NCBI GenBank assembly: GCA_900316025.1
Contig: ONBJ01000003.1
Coordinates: 19,642-83,641, forward strand
From: an uncultured Eubacteriales bacterium
Lineage (GTDB): Bacteria; Bacillota; Clostridia; Oscillospirales; Acutalibacteraceae
Length of the DNA: 64,000 nt
Direction: 5' to 3'
The notes below the pieces were generated by a model. It saw only the letters and a program-made list of their open reading frames with translations, was not told where the DNA came from and did not search any database. The translations under genes were made by a program, and so were the position numbers. Shown here piece after piece: positions 1 to 11,976 of this stretch (its first letter is position 1; each line of letters begins with the position of its first letter).

Positions 1-4257
<4,257 letters not shown>

Positions 4258-4345
4258 AGGCGTATCACTCCGTTCATTAAATTTTTTACTGCAACATCTT
4301 GTGTGGCAGACGAGGTAAACGGCAAAATTTTCTTTAAAAAAACTA

Positions 4346-4468
4346 TTGATTTTTTGTAAGATTTGTGCTAATATTCACGAGTAAAAGAGTGGATAAACAC
4401 ACCTTTTGCCATTATGTTGCATTCTATAAGTATATATCCTTGACACAAGCTTGTCAAGGAGTTTTTTT
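4346..4468 (+). ncRNA. Candidate ~90 nt antisense transcript facing the rpoB promoter
   Basis: TTGATT(4346-51)-17-TAATAT(4369-74) with extended TG and upstream A-tract; hairpin TCCTTGACA/TGTCAAGGA (4437-4460) followed by T-run. Confidence 0.3.
4429..4457 (-). promoter_or_regulatory. SigA-type promoter of rpoBC
   Basis: Minus strand TTGACA-17-TATACT, overlapped by a 9-bp-arm palindrome. Confidence 0.7.
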
Positions 4469-4599
4469 ATTTTTGAGGATTTTTTCTCGAAAAAGGCTCT
4501 TTTTAAACTTGTTCGTGAATAATTATTACAACGACGTCTTTACTTATTCTTGGGAAACACACGGCAACGTTTTATGTTTTGAACTTATGACTGCGATAC

Positions 4600-4686
4600 C
4601 ATAAAGTTTAGGTCAAGCCTTTTCAAAGGCTTGCGGTTTCCAAAGGCGGAGCCTTTGGTCAGGATTTTTAAGGGTGAAGCCCTTAA
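4600..4686 (+). repeat. Dispersed three-hairpin repeat family A, copy A1
   Basis: 86/87 identical to the reverse complement of 16459-16545; close copies at 17445 and 35564. Confidence 0.95.
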
Positions 4687-4695
4687 ACACACAAC

Positions 4696-4735
4696 CGTAC
4701 AGGCGGCAGCTTTTTCAAAAGCTGCCGCCTGTACG
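4696..4735. terminator. 19-bp perfect stem-loop downstream of the VTC operon
   Basis: CGTACAGGCGGCAGCTTTT-TC-AAAAGCTGCCGCCTGTACG. Confidence 0.7.
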
Positions 4736-4767
4736 TGTTTTTGGGGAAGATATAGTTTAAAGATTAG

Positions 4768-6720
4768 TTATACGCTTATTGGTGTGTTCATATCTGCCTG
4801 TGCATTGTTACTGTTGTCTGTGTCGTTACTGCTCATACGGTTTCTGTCCATACCGCCCGGCATACCGCCCGGCATACCGCCCATACCGCTGGATTCTCCG
4901 TATATTATGTCTGTCATTTCAACTGTAGTATCCGTACCGTTTGCTGTCAGAGTGTAGGTTGAACCTTTCTTTATGTCGGGACAGCTTACAACTACCGAAT
5001 TATATGATTTTTCAGGTGTATATGAAGCAATTACATTTCCTGAGCTGTCTTTGAGAATAATTTCTCCGCCTGAGCCTGACTGCGTATTTACCATAATCGA
5101 ACCCTGAGTTGAACTGTTTCCGAAGTTCTGAGCCATTCCGCTTGCACCTGCTGCGATAAATACGCCGCCTGTTATCTGAGCTTCGCCGTTATAGTCCAAA
5201 GCACCGTTGCCGTTGTTGGTAGGGCCGCTGACATAGGTTTCTCCGCCGCTTACGTAAAGATTTCCGTTTGAGTCAACACCGTCACCGTCTGCATTGACTA
5301 TAAGCTTACCGCCTGAAATTTTTATATAGGCGTTGCTGTCAACTGCGAACATATCCTGCTTCATATTTCCGCCGAAGCCGCTTTCATCGTTGCCGCCTGC
5401 TGCGTTAAGACCGTCATCGCTTGCCTTGAGGGTAATATTACCGCCTGAAATATCTATTGACTGTCCCTCTATGCCCTCATAGCTTTCCGTTATGCTGATT
5501 GTACCGCCGCTTATTGCTGTGTTGCTGTCTGCGTGTATTCCGTCATCGCCTGTTTTTATTGTGAAAGTTCCGTTTGAAATGTTTACGTTTGAATTAGAGT
5601 GTACTGCGTCATCAGCTGAGTCCAAGGTAATTGTTCCGCCTGATACCGTTACATTTCCCGAAGCCTTTATACCCTTTGTACTTGTGCTTTCGGAGTCGGA
5701 GCTGCTGTCCTGAGCTGAGTTCTGCATATTGAAGCCTCTGCCGAACATCTGCTCTGATTTCTTTTCAGCGTTGGAGCTTCCGCCGCCTGATGTTATATTG
5801 AAGCTGCCGCCCCTTATGTCTATTGTCAGAGATGCGTCTATTCCGTCACCGTCTGATTTTATATTGAACGTACCGTTTTCGAGGTATACAAAGCCTTTTG
5901 AAGTATCTTCGGTATTTTCAGAGTGTATGCCGTCCTTGCCTGCGTTAAGGTTAAATGTTCCGTTAGCTATGCGTACACTGTCCTTGCCTGAAACTGCGTG
6001 GTTCTGAGCCGTTATATTATATACTCCGCCTGTAAATACTAAGTCATCCTTTGATACTATGCTGTGTCCGTACTTTGCGTTTACGGTAAGCTTTCCTGAA
6101 CCGTTGAATGTAAGGTCGTCCTTTGAGAATATAACCGCATCTATATCATTATCATCTATAGCCTTAAATTCGCTCGTATTTGAAAGTGTGTTTTCGGTAT
6201 TTTCAGCCATAGTTATGAAAACCTTGTCAGCCTGCTTTACATATATTGCTGCACTTGTATCACAGTTTATGCTTACTCCGTTGAGAACAAGCTGTATTTT
6301 GTCGGCTTTGTCAGCGTCTACTATAATCTGACCGTTGCTGAGCTTTCCTGAGAGTATATATGTTCCCTCAGATGTTATTGTTATTGTGTTTCCGCTTACG
6401 CTTACGGACTTGTCGCTGCACTGTGTTCCGTTGTCCGAAAGCGTTATTGCTGTTGAAGCTGATTCATCATATCCGACATCTTTATCTCTGCTTGTGAACA
6501 TACTGTCATCGGAGCTGCTGTCTGATGAATTTGAGGATACTTTTTGTACCGAAGTACCGTCAGAGGAGGCAGACGAAGAGCTTTCCGCATTCTGAGATGT
6601 TTTTGACGTTTCAGAGCCTGAGTTCTGAATATCTGTGCCTGCTGATGTACAGCTGCAAAGTGAAACTGCCATTGCCAATGAAATTATTGCTGATAAAAAA
6701 TGTTTTCTGTTAAAGCTCAT
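4768..6720 (-). CDS. Cthe_2159/DUF4353-type carbohydrate-binding beta-helix lipoprotein
   Basis: Lipoprotein-like N-terminus (AVSLCSC), Ser-rich linker, repeated I-x-GG-x-I-x-I...DDG(I/V)(H/D)S beta-helix turns, G/M/P-rich tail; typical position after DUF4956. Confidence 0.8.
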   Translation of the reverse strand: MSFNRKHFLSAIISLAMAVSLCSCTSAGTDIQNSGSETSKTSQNAESSSSASSDGTSVQKVSSNSSDSSSDDSMFTSRDKDVGYDESASTAITLSDNGTQCSDKSVSVSGNTITITSEGTYILSGKLSNGQIIVDADKADKIQLVLNGVSINCDTSAAIYVKQADKVFITMAENTENTLSNTSEFKAIDDNDIDAVIFSKDDLTFNGSGKLTVNAKYGHSIVSKDDLVFTGGVYNITAQNHAVSGKDSVRIANGTFNLNAGKDGIHSENTEDTSKGFVYLENGTFNIKSDGDGIDASLTIDIRGGSFNITSGGGSSNAEKKSEQMFGRGFNMQNSAQDSSSDSESTSTKGIKASGNVTVSGGTITLDSADDAVHSNSNVNISNGTFTIKTGDDGIHADSNTAISGGTISITESYEGIEGQSIDISGGNITLKASDDGLNAAGGNDESGFGGNMKQDMFAVDSNAYIKISGGKLIVNADGDGVDSNGNLYVSGGETYVSGPTNNGNGALDYNGEAQITGGVFIAAGASGMAQNFGNSSTQGSIMVNTQSGSGGEIILKDSSGNVIASYTPEKSYNSVVVSCPDIKKGSTYTLTANGTDTTVEMTDIIYGESSGMGGMPGGMPGGMDRNRMSSNDTDNSNNAQADMNTPISV

Positions 6721-7402
6721 AAGTATTTACCTCCTGTTTTGATATGCTTATTTCAAGATTTCCGTTTCTGCATCTGAGTTCATCAATGAATTTTTTCTCT
6801 TTTGTTATGTCCTTGAGTGTTATATTGTATGTCAGCTTGAACATACTGCCCATATTTGTAGTCTTTACGGAAGCTATCTCATATTTTTCAGTGTATTCTT
6901 CCATAAGGTCATCGAAAAGGTCGCTGTAGTCCAAATCTTCGGGAATAGTTATTTTCAGTATTTTTTCATTCAATGCGTTTCTGTTTTCACCGAAGCCTGA
7001 TACGTTGCATATGAGAAGTATCACTCCCATAATTATCGAGAACAGGAAGGCATATGCCAGATAACCCATACCTGCTATCATTCCTGCACCCATTGCAAGA
7101 AAGATGGTTGCTATTTCCTTTGCCGTACCAGGTGCGGAACGAAATCTTACAAGTCCGAATGCTCCTGCAACCGCTACACCTGCTCCGACATTTCCGTTTA
7201 CCATCATAATCACTACGCATACCACAGCAGGCAGAACCGTAAGGGTTATGAGAAAGCTTTTTGTATACTTGTTCTTGACCGTGTAGATGAACGAAAGGAA
7301 TATTCCTATAATCAGTGCTGCACCTACGCATAAGATGAAGTTTTCGGGTGATATTACTGCCTGTGTGCTTGTATCAAAAATACCTGTAAAAATGTTGCTC
7401 AT
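6710..7402 (-). CDS. DUF4956 family membrane protein
   Basis: Hydrophobic N-half with GAGVAVAGAFGLVRFRS motif, soluble C-terminal domain; lies between VTC and Cthe_2159-type genes. Confidence 0.85.
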   Translation of the reverse strand: MSNIFTGIFDTSTQAVISPENFILCVGAALIIGIFLSFIYTVKNKYTKSFLITLTVLPAVVCVVIMMVNGNVGAGVAVAGAFGLVRFRSAPGTAKEIATIFLAMGAGMIAGMGYLAYAFLFSIIMGVILLICNVSGFGENRNALNEKILKITIPEDLDYSDLFDDLMEEYTEKYEIASVKTTNMGSMFKLTYNITLKDITKEKKFIDELRCRNGNLEISISKQEVNTYEL

Positions 7403-7426
7403 AATTTTATCCTCCCTGTTTTAAAT

Positions 7427-8185
7427 TCATACTGCAACGGGAATGCCTGAATATTCCCTTGTCAGAAAAAGTATCTGTCTGTTTTCATTCTTTGAATGTC
7501 TTTTCTGAATTTCCGCATATGCTGTACCGTACTTTGAAAACGATGTCTTGTAAATTTTGTTTTCGCTGAGAAACCTTGTCAGCCAGAGCGGAATTGCTCC
7601 TGATGTCTTTATTTCCATAAGAGCTTTGTCTTTTCCTAAAATCTCTGAGCCGTAAGCTCCGTTGCAAAGCGAAAGGTCGTAATCTCTCCAGAGTATGTTT
7701 TCGTCAAAGGTTATGCGGAAGTTCTTGTCTGTCTTTGAGTAGAATGCCTCACGCTCATATGAAAGAAATACCTTGGGCTGTAATCCCTCGTAACGCTCAA
7801 AGCAGTAATCAATCTCTCTGCCTATCTGAGAATTAGGCTTTTTTCTCCTTTCACAGAGAAATTTCATTGCCGTTTTTTCTTTCATATCTATTCGCCTTTT
7901 ATATACTACCGAGTCATACTTCTTTTTAAGTTCTACAAAAACGGTGCTTTCTTTATCGGCTGTTCCGTAGCTTCTTACCCTGAGTTTCTCCTTGTACATC
8001 GGTTTGTCTGTCGAACGTCTTATAAGCAGGTAGTTCGGAGTATCAAAATATATGTTGCATATGGTGCTTCTTCCGTATTTGTCTGCCTCCATATTTCCGC
8101 TCATAAGCTGCTTTATAGCTTCTTTCTGCTCTCTTGTGATGAGATACTTTATCTCGTATCTCTTAAATATGTTCTGATAACTCAT
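7427..8185 (-). CDS. VTC-domain (polyphosphate polymerase / TTM fold) protein
   Basis: Motifs KRYEIKY, KEKLRVRSY, VELKKK, YEREAF, RITFD, MEIK, SFSKY; start moved to ATG 8185 (GGAGG 7 nt upstream). Confidence 0.85.
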   Translation of the reverse strand: MSYQNIFKRYEIKYLITREQKEAIKQLMSGNMEADKYGRSTICNIYFDTPNYLLIRRSTDKPMYKEKLRVRSYGTADKESTVFVELKKKYDSVVYKRRIDMKEKTAMKFLCERRKKPNSQIGREIDYCFERYEGLQPKVFLSYEREAFYSKTDKNFRITFDENILWRDYDLSLCNGAYGSEILGKDKALMEIKTSGAIPLWLTRFLSENKIYKTSFSKYGTAYAEIQKRHSKNENRQILFLTREYSGIPVAV

Positions 8186-8211
8186 ATCCATTCCTCCTTT
8201 GCTTTGACTAT

Positions 8212-8244
8212 AGTATATCAGCGGCACTTTAAATGAACCTTAAA
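8212..8244 (-). promoter_or_regulatory. Response-regulator-activated promoter: TTTAAG-N5-TTTAAA box plus extended -10
   Basis: Minus strand TTTAAG GTTCA TTTAAA (8244-8228), 10 bp gap, TGA-TATACT (-10 at 8217-8212); no consensus -35. Confidence 0.6.
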
Positions 8245-8467
8245 TTATAGTTTAAATCTTGATTTTTTATTTAAATTTTTTTATATGCCTTTTACTGCCT
8301 TAAATTGCTTAATATTGCTTGCTTCGATTGTATACTGCGTATTTTAAGTTTAATGATACCTTAAACTTAAAAAATTCTGATTTTTTTAGTTTAAATATTT
8401 ATTTCGGCAATTATCTCTTTATTTTTTGCGTTTAATTTGCTATAATGCAGTAAAGACGGATATTCTG

Positions 8468-8610
8468 GCTTGCGGATACGCTCGGGCGGCGATTGCAGAT
8501 CGCCGCAGATTTTATCTGCGGCGGTTCATTGATGATTTGAAAAATCATCAATGAACGTCAAAAGCATAGCTTTTGACATCTGCAATCGCCGCCCGAGCGT
8601 ATCCGCAAGC
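8468..8610. repeat. Four-way-junction (cloverleaf) element B1
   Basis: 33-bp perfect outer stem (8468-8500/8578-8610) enclosing three abutting perfect hairpins 8501-23, 8524-56, 8557-77. Confidence 0.95.
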
Positions 8611-8641
8611 TTATTTAATACAAAGAGGAGAGCGTAAGCGA

Positions 8642-9724
8642 ATGAAAACGGTAGATTTGGTTGTACCCTGCTACAATGAAGAGGACGGACTTTCTTTATT
8701 TGTAGAGGAAACAACAAAGGTAATAAATACGATAAAGGGATATAAATTCAGGTTCATACTTGTAAATGACGGAAGCAAGGACAATACTTACGGAGTAATG
8801 AAGGAGCTTGCAAAAAAATACGGGAATGTGCAGTACATTTCCTTTTCAAGAAATTTCGGAAAAGAATCAGCTATGTATGCAGGTTTCAAATATTCAAGTG
8901 CGGATTATGTGGTTGTTATGGACGCAGACCTTCAGCACCCGCCCAAAATGATAATTGATATGTGCAAGGCTATGGAGGAGGGATATGACTGCTGTGCGGC
9001 GAGAAGGACAAGCCGTGAGGGCGAATCGAAAATAAGGAGCTTTTTTTCGAGAACGTTCTACAGGATAAGCAACAGCATATCGGAAGTAAAAATGCCTTAC
9101 AATGCGGTTGACTACAGAATGATGTCACGACAGATGGTAGATGCGATAGTATCGCTTGGAGAAGTACAGAGATTTTCAAAGGGACTTTTCAGTTGGGTAG
9201 GCTTTGATACAAAATGGCTTCCCTATGAAAATATAGAGCGTACAATAGGAACTACTAAATGGAGTTTCTGGGGACTTTTCAAATATGCAATAGACGGCTT
9301 TGTATCGTTTACAGTATCACCGTTAAGACTGCTGTCGGGTATAGGTTTTATGTTTTCGGGAGTTGCATTTATCTATATAATCATAACACTTATAAAGACG
9401 CTTATATTCGGGATTGACGTTCCGGGTTATGTAACAACTCTTTGTGCTGTACTCCTGTTGGGCGGAGTGATAGAGCTTTCCATAGGTATTCTCGGCGAAT
9501 ATATAAGCAGGATTTTTCTTGAAAGCAAGAAGCGACCTATATTCATCGTCAAGGACAGCAACGTGAGCGATACGGCTGACAGCACAGATACAGCCGAAAA
9601 TGAAGAAACCGCTCCCGATGACGATAAGGAAAAAGAACAGGAAAGTTCAGAAAAATCAGTCGGTGATAAAAAAGAAGAAGCTGACAGTGAAAAGGTTGAG
9701 TACGATTTCAGTTATTTTGAATAA
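8642..9724 (+). CDS. GT2 family undecaprenyl-phosphate glycosyltransferase (GtrB-like)
   Basis: VPCYNEE, VNDGSKD, SRNFGKE, MDADLQHPP; two C-terminal TM helices; start moved to 8642 (GAGGAG RBS). Confidence 0.9.
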   Translation: MKTVDLVVPCYNEEDGLSLFVEETTKVINTIKGYKFRFILVNDGSKDNTYGVMKELAKKYGNVQYISFSRNFGKESAMYAGFKYSSADYVVVMDADLQHPPKMIIDMCKAMEEGYDCCAARRTSREGESKIRSFFSRTFYRISNSISEVKMPYNAVDYRMMSRQMVDAIVSLGEVQRFSKGLFSWVGFDTKWLPYENIERTIGTTKWSFWGLFKYAIDGFVSFTVSPLRLLSGIGFMFSGVAFIYIIITLIKTLIFGIDVPGYVTTLCAVLLLGGVIELSIGILGEYISRIFLESKKRPIFIVKDSNVSDTADSTDTAENEETAPDDDKEKEQESSEKSVGDKKEEADSEKVEYDFSYFE

Positions 9725-9742
9725 AGCAGAGAGGAAAAATAA

Positions 9743-10222
9743 ATGGGAGAGTTTTTGAAAAATTTTTTTGATATAAAATTCTGGAAATTCATACTGGTTG
9801 GAGTTCTGAATACCATTGTAGGAACAGGACTTCAGTTTGTTCTGTACAATTTTACGCCTTTGCAGGGAATGTCGCAGAAGGGAACATTTATTGCTTCGGC
9901 TGTATCATATTTTCTTGCCAGCATTATGAGCTATTTCCTGAACAAATATTTCACGTTCAAAAATAATGAAAAAGGCTGGAAACCTGTTGTAAGATTTGCG
10001 GTAAATATAGCTGTATGTTATGCTATAGCTTATGGTCTGGCAATTCCTCTTACTTCGTATATATGCACGTCAAACAATATAACAATGTTTGGCTGGAAGG
10101 TTGATGTTTTCGCACAGAATGCCTCTATGGTGATAGGAAGCTGTCTTTTTGTAGCTCTTAACTATATAGGTCAGAGATTTTTCGCATTCAAAAGTACGGA
10201 GGAAGCTGTATCGGAACAGTGA
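9743..10222 (+). CDS. GtrA family flippase-like membrane protein
   Basis: KFILVGVLNT...SYFLNKYFTF...VRF pattern, about 4 TM; next to GtrB-like gene. Confidence 0.85.
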   Translation: MGEFLKNFFDIKFWKFILVGVLNTIVGTGLQFVLYNFTPLQGMSQKGTFIASAVSYFLASIMSYFLNKYFTFKNNEKGWKPVVRFAVNIAVCYAIAYGLAIPLTSYICTSNNITMFGWKVDVFAQNASMVIGSCLFVALNYIGQRFFAFKSTEEAVSEQ

Positions 10223-10259
10223 TTTCGTTTTAATCGTCAGTCTGACTGTAAACATTATG

Positions 10260-10299
10260 TCCGTTCGTCTGTGTCGTTTTCACTACACAGACGAACGGA
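10260..10299 (+). terminator. Intrinsic terminator after gtrA
   Basis: 15-bp stem TCCGTTCGTCTGTGT/ACACAGACGAACGGA then T-rich run. Confidence 0.7.
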
Positions 10300-10407
10300 T
10301 ATTTTTGTGTTTGAAGCGTAATTTTGTGTTATATATGGCGATGTTATGGTTTCAAAGAGAGCAATCAAAATAAAAAAATTAATATTGAGGTAAATTTTAT
10401 GTTTTAT

Positions 10408-10436
10408 TTGACAATGATGTACAGAAAAGGTATAAT
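10408..10436 (+). promoter_or_regulatory. Consensus SigA promoter of the LRR gene
   Basis: TTGACA-17-TATAAT. Confidence 0.75.
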
Positions 10437-10475
10437 ATAGCTGTAGGTCATAGAGATATACAGGAGGAATTTAAA

Positions 10476-11741
10476 ATGGCTGAAAATAAAATAGAATGTG
10501 ACATATGCGGCGGAAGTGTCGTTATTCAGGCAGGAGGAAAATCAGGCGTTTGCGAGCGTTGCGGAACAAAGTACAGCATAGATAGGATACGTGAAATTCT
10601 TAATTTATCAGGCATAGAAAATGTCAAGACAAGAGAGGACGTAGACCGCTGGAAAAGTATGCTGGCAATGTACCTCAGTAACTTTGACTTTGTTGCAGCG
10701 GAAAATGCAGTAAAGAAAATTCTTGAAGTCAGCAATGCCGACAACGTAGATGTACAAAATCTTTATAAGTATCTTCAGGTGTGGAAATATCTTGATATAA
10801 AGCACGGAGTGCTTACAAAATATACAGGAAAGGCAGATACTGTTGTACTGCCCAGTGGAGTTAAGGTTATAGAAAGAGAAGCTTTCAGAGGAAATAAGTA
10901 TCTGAAAGAGATAGCACTTCCCAACAGCCTTAAAAAGATAGATGATGAAACTTTCAGCGAATGTGAAAGTCTTGTGTCGCTTACTATTCCCAAGGGCGTG
11001 AAGTACATAGGTGACGGAGCATTCCGAGGCTGTACGGCACTTGTTTCCGTTCAGCTGCCCTCAAGCGTAACGAAGATAGGCGACAGTGCATTCAGAGGCT
11101 GCAATTCTTTGAAGAGCATACATATTCCCGATACGGTAACGACTATAGGCGACTATGCTTTTTCAGGCTGCAGCAGTCTTAGCAGCATACAGATACCTGT
11201 AGGAATTACGCAGATAGGTGAAAAGACATTCAGTAACTGCAGCAGTCTTGTAAGTATACAGATACCTCTGGGCATAACCACTTTGGGAGATGGCTCATTC
11301 AGCAGCTGCAGCGGTCTTATATCGCTTGATATACCCAGCAGTGTTGCGTATATAGGTGACGGAGCTTTCCGAGGCTGTACTTCACTTAGTGAAGTACATA
11401 TGGCAAACAGTGTAACGGATATAGGACAGTATGCGTTTTGCGGCTGCAGCAGTCTGCTCAGCGTTCATATTTCCAGCGGAGTTTCATTTATAAGAGCAGG
11501 TTCGTTCGCAAGCTGTACAAAGCTTGAAGATGTTTATATTCCCCACAGCGTAAGAAGCATAGGAAACGGTGCATTTGCAGGAACACCTTTCGGCAGAAAG
11601 CAGCATGACTGGATTACCGCCTTGAGATGTCAGTGGTGCGGAGGTTCGTTCCGTTCAGACGGCTATTGCTCGCAGTGTGGCAGAAAACGTGACTACAGCA
11701 TAGAAAAAAAGACGGCTGTATTAAAAAATAAAATTTTGTAA
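10476..11741 (+). CDS. BspA/LRR_5 leucine-rich-repeat protein with N- and C-terminal zinc ribbons, no signal peptide
   Basis: About 10 repeats of 23 aa (AFxGCxSLxSIxIPxxVxxIGxx); CDICG..CERCG at N-terminus, CQWCG..CSQCG at C-terminus. Confidence 0.85.
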   Translation: MAENKIECDICGGSVVIQAGGKSGVCERCGTKYSIDRIREILNLSGIENVKTREDVDRWKSMLAMYLSNFDFVAAENAVKKILEVSNADNVDVQNLYKYLQVWKYLDIKHGVLTKYTGKADTVVLPSGVKVIEREAFRGNKYLKEIALPNSLKKIDDETFSECESLVSLTIPKGVKYIGDGAFRGCTALVSVQLPSSVTKIGDSAFRGCNSLKSIHIPDTVTTIGDYAFSGCSSLSSIQIPVGITQIGEKTFSNCSSLVSIQIPLGITTLGDGSFSSCSGLISLDIPSSVAYIGDGAFRGCTSLSEVHMANSVTDIGQYAFCGCSSLLSVHISSGVSFIRAGSFASCTKLEDVYIPHSVRSIGNGAFAGTPFGRKQHDWITALRCQWCGGSFRSDGYCSQCGRKRDYSIEKKTAVLKNKIL

Positions 11742-11891
11742 AACTTAAAGACCGTACAATACATAGGGATTGGCGGTCTTTTTTATTTGCCCGACATATT
11801 TCAATGAAGTGTAAAAATTAAGTAGTGCCGAAATAAAATAATGTATAAAGTAACAAAAAAATGACAAATTGTAAAAAATATGATTTTGCTG

Positions 11892-11921
11892 TTGACATAT
11901 ATTACAAGTTTGTAATATAAT
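11892..11921 (+). promoter_or_regulatory. Promoter with a 22-bp palindromic operator in the spacer
   Basis: TTGACA-18-TATAAT; TATATTACAA-GT-TTGTAATATA at 11898-11919. Confidence 0.6.
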
Positions 11922-11976
11922 CTATATCAGCGGCGACAAAAGGTAAGCTTAGATTTTTAAATTCAGGGGGAATTTT

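Noticed and set aside
4848-4888. 12-bp tandem repeat encoding GGMP
   Set aside because: In-frame low-complexity tail; no frameshift or phase-variation potential.
4631-4957. ORFs starting MRFPKAEPLVRIF (4631, 35617), plus 16450..16662, 17468..17650 and 35577..35951
   Set aside because: They are translations of repeat family A and antisense flanks; no RBS or family motifs.
8573-8641. Long N-terminal extensions in the ORF track (8573, 14239, 20110, 23743, 43348, 56010)
   Set aside because: They begin in repeats or promoters; downstream starts have proper RBS and family-typical N-termini.
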